Positions 33,875 through 40,311 of a DNA stretch of 41,918 nucleotides are shown one piece after another. The stretch is from a virus: IMG/VR virus record IMGVR_UViG_3300045988_009872; one strand, written 5' to 3'. Both the position numbers and the translations under genes were made by a program. The notes under the pieces are model-generated. The model was not told the origin of the DNA. It made no database searches and saw only the letters and a list, made by a program, of their open reading frames with translations. How positions within the stretch are numbered: position 1 is the stretch's first letter; each line of letters begins with the position of its first letter.

Positions 33875-34677
33875 AGGCTTCCCTCCGTGTTGCCGTAGTC
33901 GTAGACAAACGGCTTATTTTGCGGCGCTTTGCCGCCCTTGTCCTGCTCTCTGGCAAGCCAAGCGGTGATGAAACGCTTAATCCCTCCGCGTGTCTTTCGC
34001 TTGGTAGGGTTCGCGTCGCACCACCCTGCCATGTTTCTGAGCTGTTGTAGAACGTCAACGCTCGGATAGAGCTGCGACCATTTGGCCCTGTCGTTCTCCG
34101 AAACGTCGAAAAAAGTCCCGTCATTCAGCGGCAAAGAAATCACCGGCGGCGCGTCAGCCGCTTGCGGCTCAGCGCATAATATGTACTCTTCTTTACTCTT
34201 CTCTACTCTACTTTTCTCTACTTTACTTTGTCGTTCGATGTCAGCATTTTTTGAAAAAATGTTTACATTTTTCGCAGAAATGTAAACATTGGGCAAAATT
34301 TGGGCAACATCAACCAGAAGGATGTTGTAATCGACTTCGAGAGTTTTACGGCGGCTGACTGCCTCGAAGTACCTTTCCTGTATGCCTTTAGAGGTCAATA
34401 CGTGGTACTTGTCATACTTCTCTTTGTCGAACATCCCTCGCCTGATAGAAGCCTCTATTATTTCGGAAACGACGCTCCCACCCAACCCGACCTTGCGGGC
34501 GAACAAAAGCGCAACCTCCTCTGTCCATTCAATGTAGTAACCCGCCTTACCGTAAATCTCTTGCAGCAAGTGAACGACTACACCAAATCCTGTCAAGCCA
34601 AATTCTGCCTCTATCAGTTCAAACTTTGCGTTTAATGTGACATCAAGCGGAAAGTAATCGATCCCGCTCTTTGCCAT
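33871..34677 (-). CDS. replication initiation protein (DUF4373/Lin1244-like N-terminus, DnaD-like)
   Basis: The N-terminus GIDYFPLDV...ELIEAEFGLTGFGVVVHLLQEIY is typical. It lies upstream of the loader. Confidence 0.75.
   Translation of the reverse strand: MAKSGIDYFPLDVTLNAKFELIEAEFGLTGFGVVVHLLQEIYGKAGYYIEWTEEVALLFARKVGLGGSVVSEIIEASIRRGMFDKEKYDKYHVLTSKGIQERYFEAVSRRKTLEVDYNILLVDVAQILPNVYISAKNVNIFSKNADIERQSKVEKSRVEKSKEEYILCAEPQAADAPPVISLPLNDGTFFDVSENDRAKWSQLYPSVDVLQQLRNMAGWCDANPTKRKTRGGIKRFITAWLAREQDKGGKAPQNKPFVYDYGNTEGSL
34184..34290. other. candidate replication origin inside the initiator gene (iterons plus 11-bp inverted repeat)
   Basis: AT-rich tract. TACTCT occurs at 34184, 34194 and 34204 (10-bp period), with further TACT at 34209, 34219 and 34224. 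A perfect inverted repeat AATGTTTACAT / ATGTAAACATT lies at 34258-34268 and 34280-34290. Confidence 0.5.
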
Positions 34678-34688
34678 AGACTACTCCC

Positions 34689-35102
34689 TTAAAACGGTAG
34701 ATCGCCGTCGTCCTCACTGATCACCGCAAAGTCGCCTGCGGCGCTCTCTGTGGCGTATTGCGGTGCGGCTGTATCGGCGCGCTTACTGTCGCCAAAGTAG
34801 ATATTGTCGGCGATGATCTCGGTGTTGCGGCGATTGTTGCCGTCCTTATCCTTCCAGTCGCGGACGGTGAGCTTGCCCTCGACCACGACCATGCGGCCTT
34901 TGCCGAAATACTGGCAGACAAACTCAGCCGACTGTCGCCACGCGACCACGTCGAGGAAATAGGTTTTCTTCTCTCCGGTTGCTTTGCTCTTGAAATCGTC
35001 GTCGACGGCAACGGTGAAGCTCGTGACCGCCGTTCCGTCCTGCGTGCGTCGCAGTTCCAGATCGCGCGTAATGCGACCCATGATGCAAACTCTGTTTAAC
35101 AT
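34689..35102 (-). CDS. ssb: single-stranded DNA-binding protein
   Basis: Trimmed to the ATG at 35102, after GGAGGA. OB-fold sequence MLNRVCIMGRITRDLELRRT... and an acidic tail DDGDLPF. Confidence 0.9.
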   Translation of the reverse strand: MLNRVCIMGRITRDLELRRTQDGTAVTSFTVAVDDDFKSKATGEKKTYFLDVVAWRQSAEFVCQYFGKGRMVVVEGKLTVRDWKDKDGNNRRNTEIIADNIYFGDSKRADTAAPQYATESAAGDFAVISEDDGDLPF

Positions 35103-35395
35103 GATTCGTCCTCCAAATAGTTTTTCTTGAATACAGCCATAAAAGTATCGTGTCCATAAAGTTCTTCGAACCGCTTCTGACACTCGCGTTTCAGCCGCAT
35201 ATCCAGCTCGTGACCGTCTTTCCCGTGCACGCCGTAATCGGCCATATTGTGCCAGTCGGCACGCAGCCACACCCAGCAGCCCCAAATATCGGATAGCTGC
35301 CGACGCCCACCACCGTAAATGTGATGCCGCGCGAGGTTCGTTGAGAATCCTGAGATATAGCATTCTCTCTTGTCCTGCATGATGCTTTTAGTCAT
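35096..35395 (-). CDS. possible HNH/Zn-binding nuclease-like protein
   Basis: Trimmed to the ATG at 35395 (ATGA overlap). Contains CYISG...HHIYGG...WHN..H. The assignment is weak. Confidence 0.45.
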   Translation of the reverse strand: MTKSIMQDKRECYISGFSTNLARHHIYGGGRRQLSDIWGCWVWLRADWHNMADYGVHGKDGHELDMRLKRECQKRFEELYGHDTFMAVFKKNYLEDESC

Positions 35396-35913
35396 CTGCC
35401 CCATTCCTCCTTCAATGCGTCAAGTTGCTGCGGGGTCAATGTCTCAATACCCAACTCCTTGCAGTCCTGTACGATGTTGTCGATCAGGCGCGCCATTTGC
35501 TTTGTGTCAAAGGTGGACGAGCCGTAATACAAGACCACATTCTTGCAGCCCTCTATTTTGCTGTCCATCACTTCCGTCTGCCAGCCGATACCGTTTTTGT
35601 TCCAGCCATCGCACAGCTTCTGCACGGCCTTCTCACGCACGCAGACGGTTTCTGTGTTGCCGCCAACGTCCCGCACCTCTCGGCGGTAAATCTCGCTCTT
35701 TGGCGTTCCTGTGGATTCTGCAAGCTTATCCAGCAACACCCATGAGTAAGCATTGGCATCGAGGCTCCGTTTCTCACGGTGCTTTTTGACGGTCACATCA
35801 ACGTCTACCTCGTGCAGCTCGTCATACAGTATGCCGACGTTTTCCCGCGTTGCGATGGTGAGCAAATACCCACCATCGCGGGCAAGGGTCAAATCATGCA
35901 GTCGGGCTTTCAT
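35392..35913 (-). CDS. NinB/Orf-like recombination mediator
   Basis: RSLDANAYSWVLLDKLA parallels lambda NinB RSLDQNRKLWACLGDV. Confidence 0.55.
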   Translation of the reverse strand: MKARLHDLTLARDGGYLLTIATRENVGILYDELHEVDVDVTVKKHREKRSLDANAYSWVLLDKLAESTGTPKSEIYRREVRDVGGNTETVCVREKAVQKLCDGWNKNGIGWQTEVMDSKIEGCKNVVLYYGSSTFDTKQMARLIDNIVQDCKELGIETLTPQQLDALKEEWGR

Positions 35914-36535
35914 TTGCTTTTCTCCTTGCCATCATGCAAGCCCAGCAGAGCGGCGCTTTATAGGTCTTTCGCGCGTTCTCCGCGATCTCTGCGACCGTGT
36001 ACGACTTGCCGCCGTGCGTCACCGGGTAGATGGGCTTGCCGCAGTCCTTGCAGGTGTTTTTCTCAACATCGCGCTTGTACTGTGCATTAAATGCGTCCAT
36101 TTCTGCCTTGCTCGGTTTCTTGCCCTGCTGATGTTCGTACTCGTCCGTGTCAGCGTCCTTCGTGTCATCGATGCAAAACAAACCGTTCAACGCATACTTG
36201 CGTGCGTAGCTCGATGCCGTTCCGGTGATTTGGCTATCGTCCATGCCTTTCTTCTCGTTCGGCTCTCTGGCAAATGCTGTGGCGGTCACTGCATTGTCGC
36301 TCTCGCAGTCGTGCAATTGAGCCTGTGCGACCACATAAAACCTACCGCTTACCTCACGAATATCGTCCAGCAGCACCAGTGCCGTCTTGTGCTTCGCACA
36401 GATGGGCTTGACCGCTTCCAGAATGTCTTCACAGCTGCGGTACTTGTACTTGCCAAAGCTGTTGTACTGTCCCTTCGGGGCTTTCAGCTCCTGCTGGATT
36501 GCAGAGAGCTTTTCATAAATCCCATGGTTCTCCAT
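35894..36535 (-). CDS. ERF-family single-strand annealing protein
   Basis: SFGKYKYRSCEDILEAVKP and TASSYARKYALNGLF are typical ERF motifs. Confidence 0.8.
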   Translation of the reverse strand: MENHGIYEKLSAIQQELKAPKGQYNSFGKYKYRSCEDILEAVKPICAKHKTALVLLDDIREVSGRFYVVAQAQLHDCESDNAVTATAFAREPNEKKGMDDSQITGTASSYARKYALNGLFCIDDTKDADTDEYEHQQGKKPSKAEMDAFNAQYKRDVEKNTCKDCGKPIYPVTHGGKSYTVAEIAENARKTYKAPLCWACMMARRKANESPTA

Positions 36536-36728
36536 CAGGTAACTCCTCCATTTTCAGCGGGCACCAAATACCGATGCCGCGTGTATCTGCGATGTATTCG
36601 CCGGTTCTCCGGCACTGGTTGCGCGAGTACGTTTCAAGCAACGGGCAGAACATACATTTAACCTCTTTGTTCGGGAAGTAGAGGTCTACCGTGCAGTGAG
36701 TGTACTCGCTTACGCCGTCAGTCTTCAT
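36513..36728 (-). CDS. small Cys-rich hypothetical protein
   Basis: ORF track. Confidence 0.5.
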   Translation of the reverse strand: MKTDGVSEYTHCTVDLYFPNKEVKCMFCPLLETYSRNQCRRTGEYIADTRGIGIWCPLKMEELPDGEPWDL

Positions 36729-36876
36729 CGCTTACCTCCGTTATCCATTCCTCGCCGCAGAAGGGGCATACCTGCACGAAACGTCGGTAATACCCGCGCT
36801 CGCCGTCGAGGTTCTCTTGCTCGCGGTAAATGGTCGGGTGTTCAAAATCCGCGCCGCATGATTCGCATTGATACAT
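36718..36876 (-). CDS. small zinc-ribbon protein (52 aa)
   Basis: ORF 36718..36987 trimmed to the ATG at 36876 (TGATG overlap). Contains CESC...CPFC. Confidence 0.5.
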   Translation of the reverse strand: MYQCESCGADFEHPTIYREQENLDGERGYYRRFVQVCPFCGEEWITEVSDED

Positions 36877-37406
36877 CACTCGTCGACCTCCAAATACGCC
36901 ATCGCGCTCTGCACGCCGAAGATGCGCGCCGCCTGATGGTCGTTGAAAAACACGTCGATGTGGTTGCCGTTCACACCGCCGCCGCAATCCTCCGCGATAT
37001 AGCTGTGCTGTGTGCCGTCCGGCCAGATCAGCAGGACGCGCGAACCGTATGGAATAACCTTCGGGTCAACCGCGATCGTGCGCCCTTCGGTGGCCAGCGC
37101 GCCGGTCGCGGTGTAGCCGCTCGCCCACTTGCCGCAGCAGCAGCGTCCGGGGCAATAGGCCGTCAGCGTAAATTCGCCGAGAAACACGTCATTGCAAACG
37201 GCGCTCTCCGTCGCGGGAATGTCCCACGCGGGATCATACTCCTCTACGATGGGCGCTTCTTCCGGTTCCGCATCGACCGCCTGCGCGCTGGTGGCGAGGA
37301 TTGAGATCACGATCAAAAGGATCGTTGCGCCCAAGCACGCCGCCGCAAACAGCGCCGATTCATCGGCCTTGCGCTGCTCTCTCGTGCGCTTGTCGTGCCG
37401 TCTCAT
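36876..37406 (-). CDS. membrane-anchored 3D-domain (MltA/RlpA-like DPBB) protein
   Basis: N-terminal TM LFAAACLGATILLIVISILA. The 3D domain reads FTLTAYC...TATGALATEGRTIAVDPKVIPYGSRV...AEDCGGGVNGNHIDVF. The ATG at 37406 is coupled to the upstream stop, with an alternative GTG at 37415. Confidence 0.75.
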   Translation of the reverse strand: MRRHDKRTREQRKADESALFAAACLGATILLIVISILATSAQAVDAEPEEAPIVEEYDPAWDIPATESAVCNDVFLGEFTLTAYCPGRCCCGKWASGYTATGALATEGRTIAVDPKVIPYGSRVLLIWPDGTQHSYIAEDCGGGVNGNHIDVFFNDHQAARIFGVQSAMAYLEVDE

Positions 37407-37558
37407 CGCCTGCACCCCCTGTCGATGTAGGGCAGCAGGTCATACAGCGCCTTGCATACCGCGCACGCGCCGATGACAGAAAGCCCCGTCGTAAAGTCGC
37501 AGCCGTTGAGCGCGATCACCGCAGCGGCGATGCTACCGAAAAACAACGTGTCGATCAT
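37403..37558 (-). CDS. small membrane protein (51 aa)
   Basis: Below the track cutoff, with ATGA overlaps at both ends. Translation: MIDTLFFGSIAAAVIALNGCDFTTGLSVIGACAVCKALYDLLPYIDRGCRR. Confidence 0.45.
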   Translation of the reverse strand: MIDTLFFGSIAAAVIALNGCDFTTGLSVIGACAVCKALYDLLPYIDRGCRR

Positions 37559-37800
37559 TTCGCGCCTCCGATCAGCATGAGCTTTTCCGCGTCCGTAAAT
37601 TGCAAAACTCGGTCAAGCTCCCAAATTTCCTCTAACGTCCAGCGGGAACGCCCTGTCATTCTGTTACAAATTTGCGTTTCCGATAAGCCGATTTCCTCGC
37701 CCAGCTCCTTGCCGGTACGAATTAACGCCCGTCCCATCGCGCCGCGCACGGCTCGCTCAAGGTCATTTCGCCGTCGCGTTAACTGTTGTGGCTTTAACAT
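37555..37800 (-). CDS. HTH protein (early)
   Basis: Trimmed to the ATG at 37800, after AGGAAAAGG. HTH region GKELGEEIGLSETQICNRMTGRS. Confidence 0.6.
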   Translation of the reverse strand: MLKPQQLTRRRNDLERAVRGAMGRALIRTGKELGEEIGLSETQICNRMTGRSRWTLEEIWELDRVLQFTDAEKLMLIGGAK

Positions 37801-37836
37801 CTTGCCTTTTCCTTTCTTCCGTGCTACAATAAGCAC

Positions 37837-37910
37837 GGACACAATATCTTGTGGTGAGATTCGTCCCACCCGCCCCGCTCGATGCTGCAACATTGGGCGG
37901 GGCATTTTTT
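37837..37910 (+). ncRNA. candidate ~70-nt antisense sRNA (OOP-like) opposite the early transcript
   Basis: Promoter TTGCCT (37802-37807) -17- TACAAT (37825-37830). Terminator hairpin GCCCCGC/GCGGGGC (37872-37903) followed by T6 (37905-37910). There is no plus-strand ORF. Confidence 0.55.
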
Positions 37911-38136
37911 ACTGCCCATCGCTGGATTCAAACAGCTCGTCCACGGTCACGCCGTACATCTTCGCCAGCTTCTTGTGGTACTTGCGCAGCGGTCGCCAGT
38001 CGCCAAGCTCCCAATGCGTCACGCAGGATAGGTCAACATTCAGTTTCTTCGCCACCTGCGCGCGGGTCAGCCCGGAGCGTTCTCGCAGCTCTCTCAATGT
38101 CAATTTTTGCGTCCTCCCTTCATTGTGAGTTATCAT
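37909..38136 (-). CDS. Cro-like HTH regulator
   Basis: HTH region LTLRELRERSGLTRAQVAKKLNVDLSCVTHWE. The likely true start is the TTG at 38103, 9 nt after GGGAGGA. The ATG at 38136 has no RBS. Confidence 0.75.
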   Translation of the reverse strand: MITHNEGRTQKLTLRELRERSGLTRAQVAKKLNVDLSCVTHWELGDWRPLRKYHKKLAKMYGVTVDELFESSDGQ

Positions 38137-38151
38137 TGACTGCGGCGGGGA
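38134..38151. repeat. left arm of an 18-bp perfect inverted repeat (CATTGACTGCGGCGGGGA)
   Basis: Its reverse complement is found at 38545-38562. It contains the -35 of the 38136-38164 promoter. Confidence 0.9.
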
Positions 38152-38170
38152 GATTTGCTATACTGCCATT

Positions 38171-38545
38171 AGCCCTCTTTGGGCAACTTCAAAGGAGGTG
38201 GTTTTCGTGACCAACCTTTTGATTTTGCCTGTTCCCTTCCTGCCGGGTCGCAACAGCGGTGCCAAAGCGCGTTAAACTGGCTAAATGTAGCAACTGATAC
38301 GGCGGAGCACTCAGTGAAGAGGTTAAAACTCACGGTGATATGCCAGTAATCATATCCCACCGTATCGGGTACTCCCGATTGCTTACCAGCGAGAAGGCAA
38401 TGCGCAGAACCAAAACTGCGAAAGTGGTAAGGCTCCAGAAGAACTTGTAGCACCATTGCAAGCGGCGAAAGCCTGCACGGAGTAAAGGGTAAACAAATTT
38501 GGACATTGGCCGGTGGGAATGGTGCTCCCACCGGTCTTATGTTTT
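38171..38545 (+). ncRNA. candidate ~375-nt structured RNA in the cI/cro intergenic region
   Basis: Promoter TTGACT (38136-38141) -17- TATACT (38159-38164). Terminator hairpin 38508-38536 followed by a T-rich tract. GAAA tetraloop hairpins at 38416-38427 and 38464-38473. Perfect hairpins at 38337-38356 and 38364-38379. Only a 22-codon ORF (38207-38275) follows an SD that is buried in a hairpin. Confidence 0.5.
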
Positions 38546-38562
38546 CCCCGCCGCAGTCAATG
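38545..38562. repeat. right arm of the 18-bp perfect inverted repeat
   Basis: TCCCCGCCGCAGTCAATG is the reverse complement of 38134-38151. Confidence 0.9.
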
Positions 38563-38596
38563 CCCCCCGAAACCTCATAAACGTGAGAAATCACAC

Positions 38597-38625
38597 TTGA
38601 CACTGCCCCGAAAGCGTATTACAAT
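38597..38625 (+). promoter_or_regulatory. near-consensus sigma-A promoter upstream of the CI-like gene
   Basis: TTGACA (38597-38602), a 17-nt spacer, then TACAAT (38620-38625). Confidence 0.7.
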
Positions 38626-38721
38626 GAAATCGCCAAAAGACATTGCAAAAAAGCCGCTTTTATGGGGGCTGGGTTTTGTGTACCCTTTTCCGGTGGGCTT
38701 AGGTATATGATACCTCACTTT

Positions 38722-38755
38722 ATGGGGTAAGTCAATACTTGATACCCCATTTTTT
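38722..38755 (+). terminator. terminator-like hairpin in the repressor leader (attenuator or sRNA 3' end)
   Basis: 8-bp stem ATGGGGTA/TACCCCAT (38722-38750) followed by T5-6. It lies about 30 nt before the CI-like start. Confidence 0.5.
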
Positions 38756-38782
38756 GGGTTTTGGCGAAACCCACAAATTGAG

Positions 38783-39136
38783 GTGTGCGTTTTGATAAGA
38801 TATGATAGAATTCAAGAGCTTGTGAATCTTTGTGGGAAAAAGAAAAGCTTCCTTAGTGAAGCAATGGGATTCTCGTCGAGGTATTTAATTGATGCCAAAA
38901 AGCAAAACACAAATATCGCCGATGAACCGTTGCAAATTCTCGCAAAAGAACTTAAAACCACGCCTGAATATCTCCGTGGTGAAACGGACGACCCGGGCAT
39001 AAAAGAAGCCCGCGCCACAAAGGGCGAGGGCTTGGATGGTAAAATCGCTCAGTTTATTCGCTCTGCGTCTGCGGAGGAATTGGATGAGATTTACCGGTAT
39101 ATTGATTTTTTGGAAAGCAAGAGGAAAAAACCGTAA
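38783..39136 (+). CDS. CI-like XRE-family HTH repressor
   Basis: HTH region LCGKKKSFLSEAMGFSSRYLIDAKK. Divergent from the Cro-like gene. The start is ambiguous: GTG 38783, TTG 38792 (8 nt after GAGG) or ATG 38804. Confidence 0.7.
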   Translation: MCVLIRYDRIQELVNLCGKKKSFLSEAMGFSSRYLIDAKKQNTNIADEPLQILAKELKTTPEYLRGETDDPGIKEARATKGEGLDGKIAQFIRSASAEELDEIYRYIDFLESKRKKP

Positions 39137-39211
39137 CGGTGATCAAAACGATCTCAAAAGGAATCGCATCGGCAGCTATTGAACAAATAATAGCTCGCAA
39201 GGCGTGACATC

Positions 39212-39430
39212 CTACCCGCCGTTTGTTTCTTCTACCTGCACATGAGTTTCTCGAAATGGAGTGCTCTGTGCGGCGACCTGATTGCTTGCTTTGATTGCCT
39301 GATCTAAACAGGCCGGAAGATATTCCGCGCTGTCGGCAGAAAGCCCAGACGCGCTGATTGCGTCCATGCACCGGTTTACTGCGTCAACCATTTTCGCGTC
39401 TATGTACCATGCTTTCGTTAGCTCTTTCAT
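39212..39430 (-). CDS. small hypothetical protein (72 aa)
   Basis: Trimmed to the ATG at 39430, 7 nt after GAAGGAGG. Confidence 0.55.
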   Translation of the reverse strand: MKELTKAWYIDAKMVDAVNRCMDAISASGLSADSAEYLPACLDQAIKASNQVAAQSTPFRETHVQVEETNGG

Positions 39431-39572
39431 GGCATAAGCCTCCTTCAATAAATCTTATAAGCTGGTTTTTTTCTTCTGGTGCAAGCGATAGCGCGGAATA
39501 AAGCACCTTCTCTCGCATTATTTCAATATCCGTTTTGCTTATTGTATCATTTTTTACGCCATTACACAACAT
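39384..39572 (-). CDS. small hypothetical protein (62 aa)
   Basis: The ATG at 39572 follows GGAGGG. Its last ~15 codons overlap the next gene out of frame. AT-rich DNA. Confidence 0.45.
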   Translation of the reverse strand: MLCNGVKNDTISKTDIEIMREKVLYSALSLAPEEKNQLIRFIEGGLCHERANESMVHRRENG

Positions 39573-39664
39573 TTTGTGTCCCTCCAAATAAATTATATTA
39601 ACGGGGCTATATGTCGATTATTGCACTTTGTGCAGTCGAAAATATAAGAAAGTCGAGATTTGAG

Positions 39665-40099
39665 ATGAAAAAGCTTTTATACATTGCGTTGTCTGCGGTC
39701 CTCATGCTCGGAATGTTAACCGCATGTGGTGAGCCAAAGCAGGACGAGCCAGAAACCGACCCGGCAACCCCGCCTGATCTCGTTGGAGAATGGAAGCAGA
39801 CAAACAGCGATGCAGAGGACGCATGGCAGGCCGCTACTATTTCCGGAGATGCCATTGAGGTGTATTGGGTATCTGATAACGGAGACACAAAAGCCCTCTA
39901 TTGGGCCGGTTCTTTCGATGCCCCTACCACGGCGGATGAGCCGTACACCTGGGAATCGGAAAATGATAAAGACCAGACCGATATGGCAATTCTCGCCAGC
40001 GGCGATGACACCAAGACGTTTACCTATCAGGGCGGCGTAATCAGTTACGAAGTGTCTGCCATGGGAGTTACGCAGACCGTAAAACTTGAGAAGCAATAA
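39665..40099 (+). CDS. secreted lipoprotein (candidate superinfection-exclusion protein)
   Basis: Trimmed to MKKLLYIALSAVLMLGMLTAC with lipobox LTAC. It lies between the repressor and integrase genes. Confidence 0.8.
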   Translation: MKKLLYIALSAVLMLGMLTACGEPKQDEPETDPATPPDLVGEWKQTNSDAEDAWQAATISGDAIEVYWVSDNGDTKALYWAGSFDAPTTADEPYTWESENDKDQTDMAILASGDDTKTFTYQGGVISYEVSAMGVTQTVKLEKQ

Positions 40100-40106
40100 G
40101 TAACTA

Positions 40107-40147
40107 AAGGCACTGCCGCCCTCTGCAACAAACGGCAGTGCCTTTTT
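40107..40147 (+). terminator. intrinsic terminator after the lipoprotein gene
   Basis: 12-bp stem AAGGCACTGCCG/CGGCAGTGCCTT followed by a T-run. Confidence 0.8.
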
Positions 40148-40311
40148 GCAGCCAGCGGGAAGCGGTCGCCGCTGCATGTCTTGACCATACTCCGCTTTAC
40201 CTTGGCAATTCAACACCGAAACATTGCAATAAGACAGCGCTCGACACGGTTCGACAAGCCCTCATCTTGCGACTTTGCGGCGCAAAAATCGAAAAAATTA
40301 AGGTGGCGTAA

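Noticed and set aside
38171-38545. Known riboswitch or ribozyme classes (T-box, c-di-GMP-I, glmS, hammerhead, RNase P, SRP) for the switch-region RNA
   Set aside because: I looked by eye for signature strings: the T-box GGGUGGUACCGCG, the GEMM ACGCAAAGCC context, CUGAUGA...GAAA, and GAGGAAAGUCC. None matched convincingly. Only generic GNRA hairpins are present, so a covariance-model scan is required.
38169-38603. 144-aa minus-strand ORF in the cI/cro intergenic region
   Set aside because: It has no RBS, it spans a plus-strand terminator and promoter, and its composition is odd. The region is better explained as a structured RNA element.
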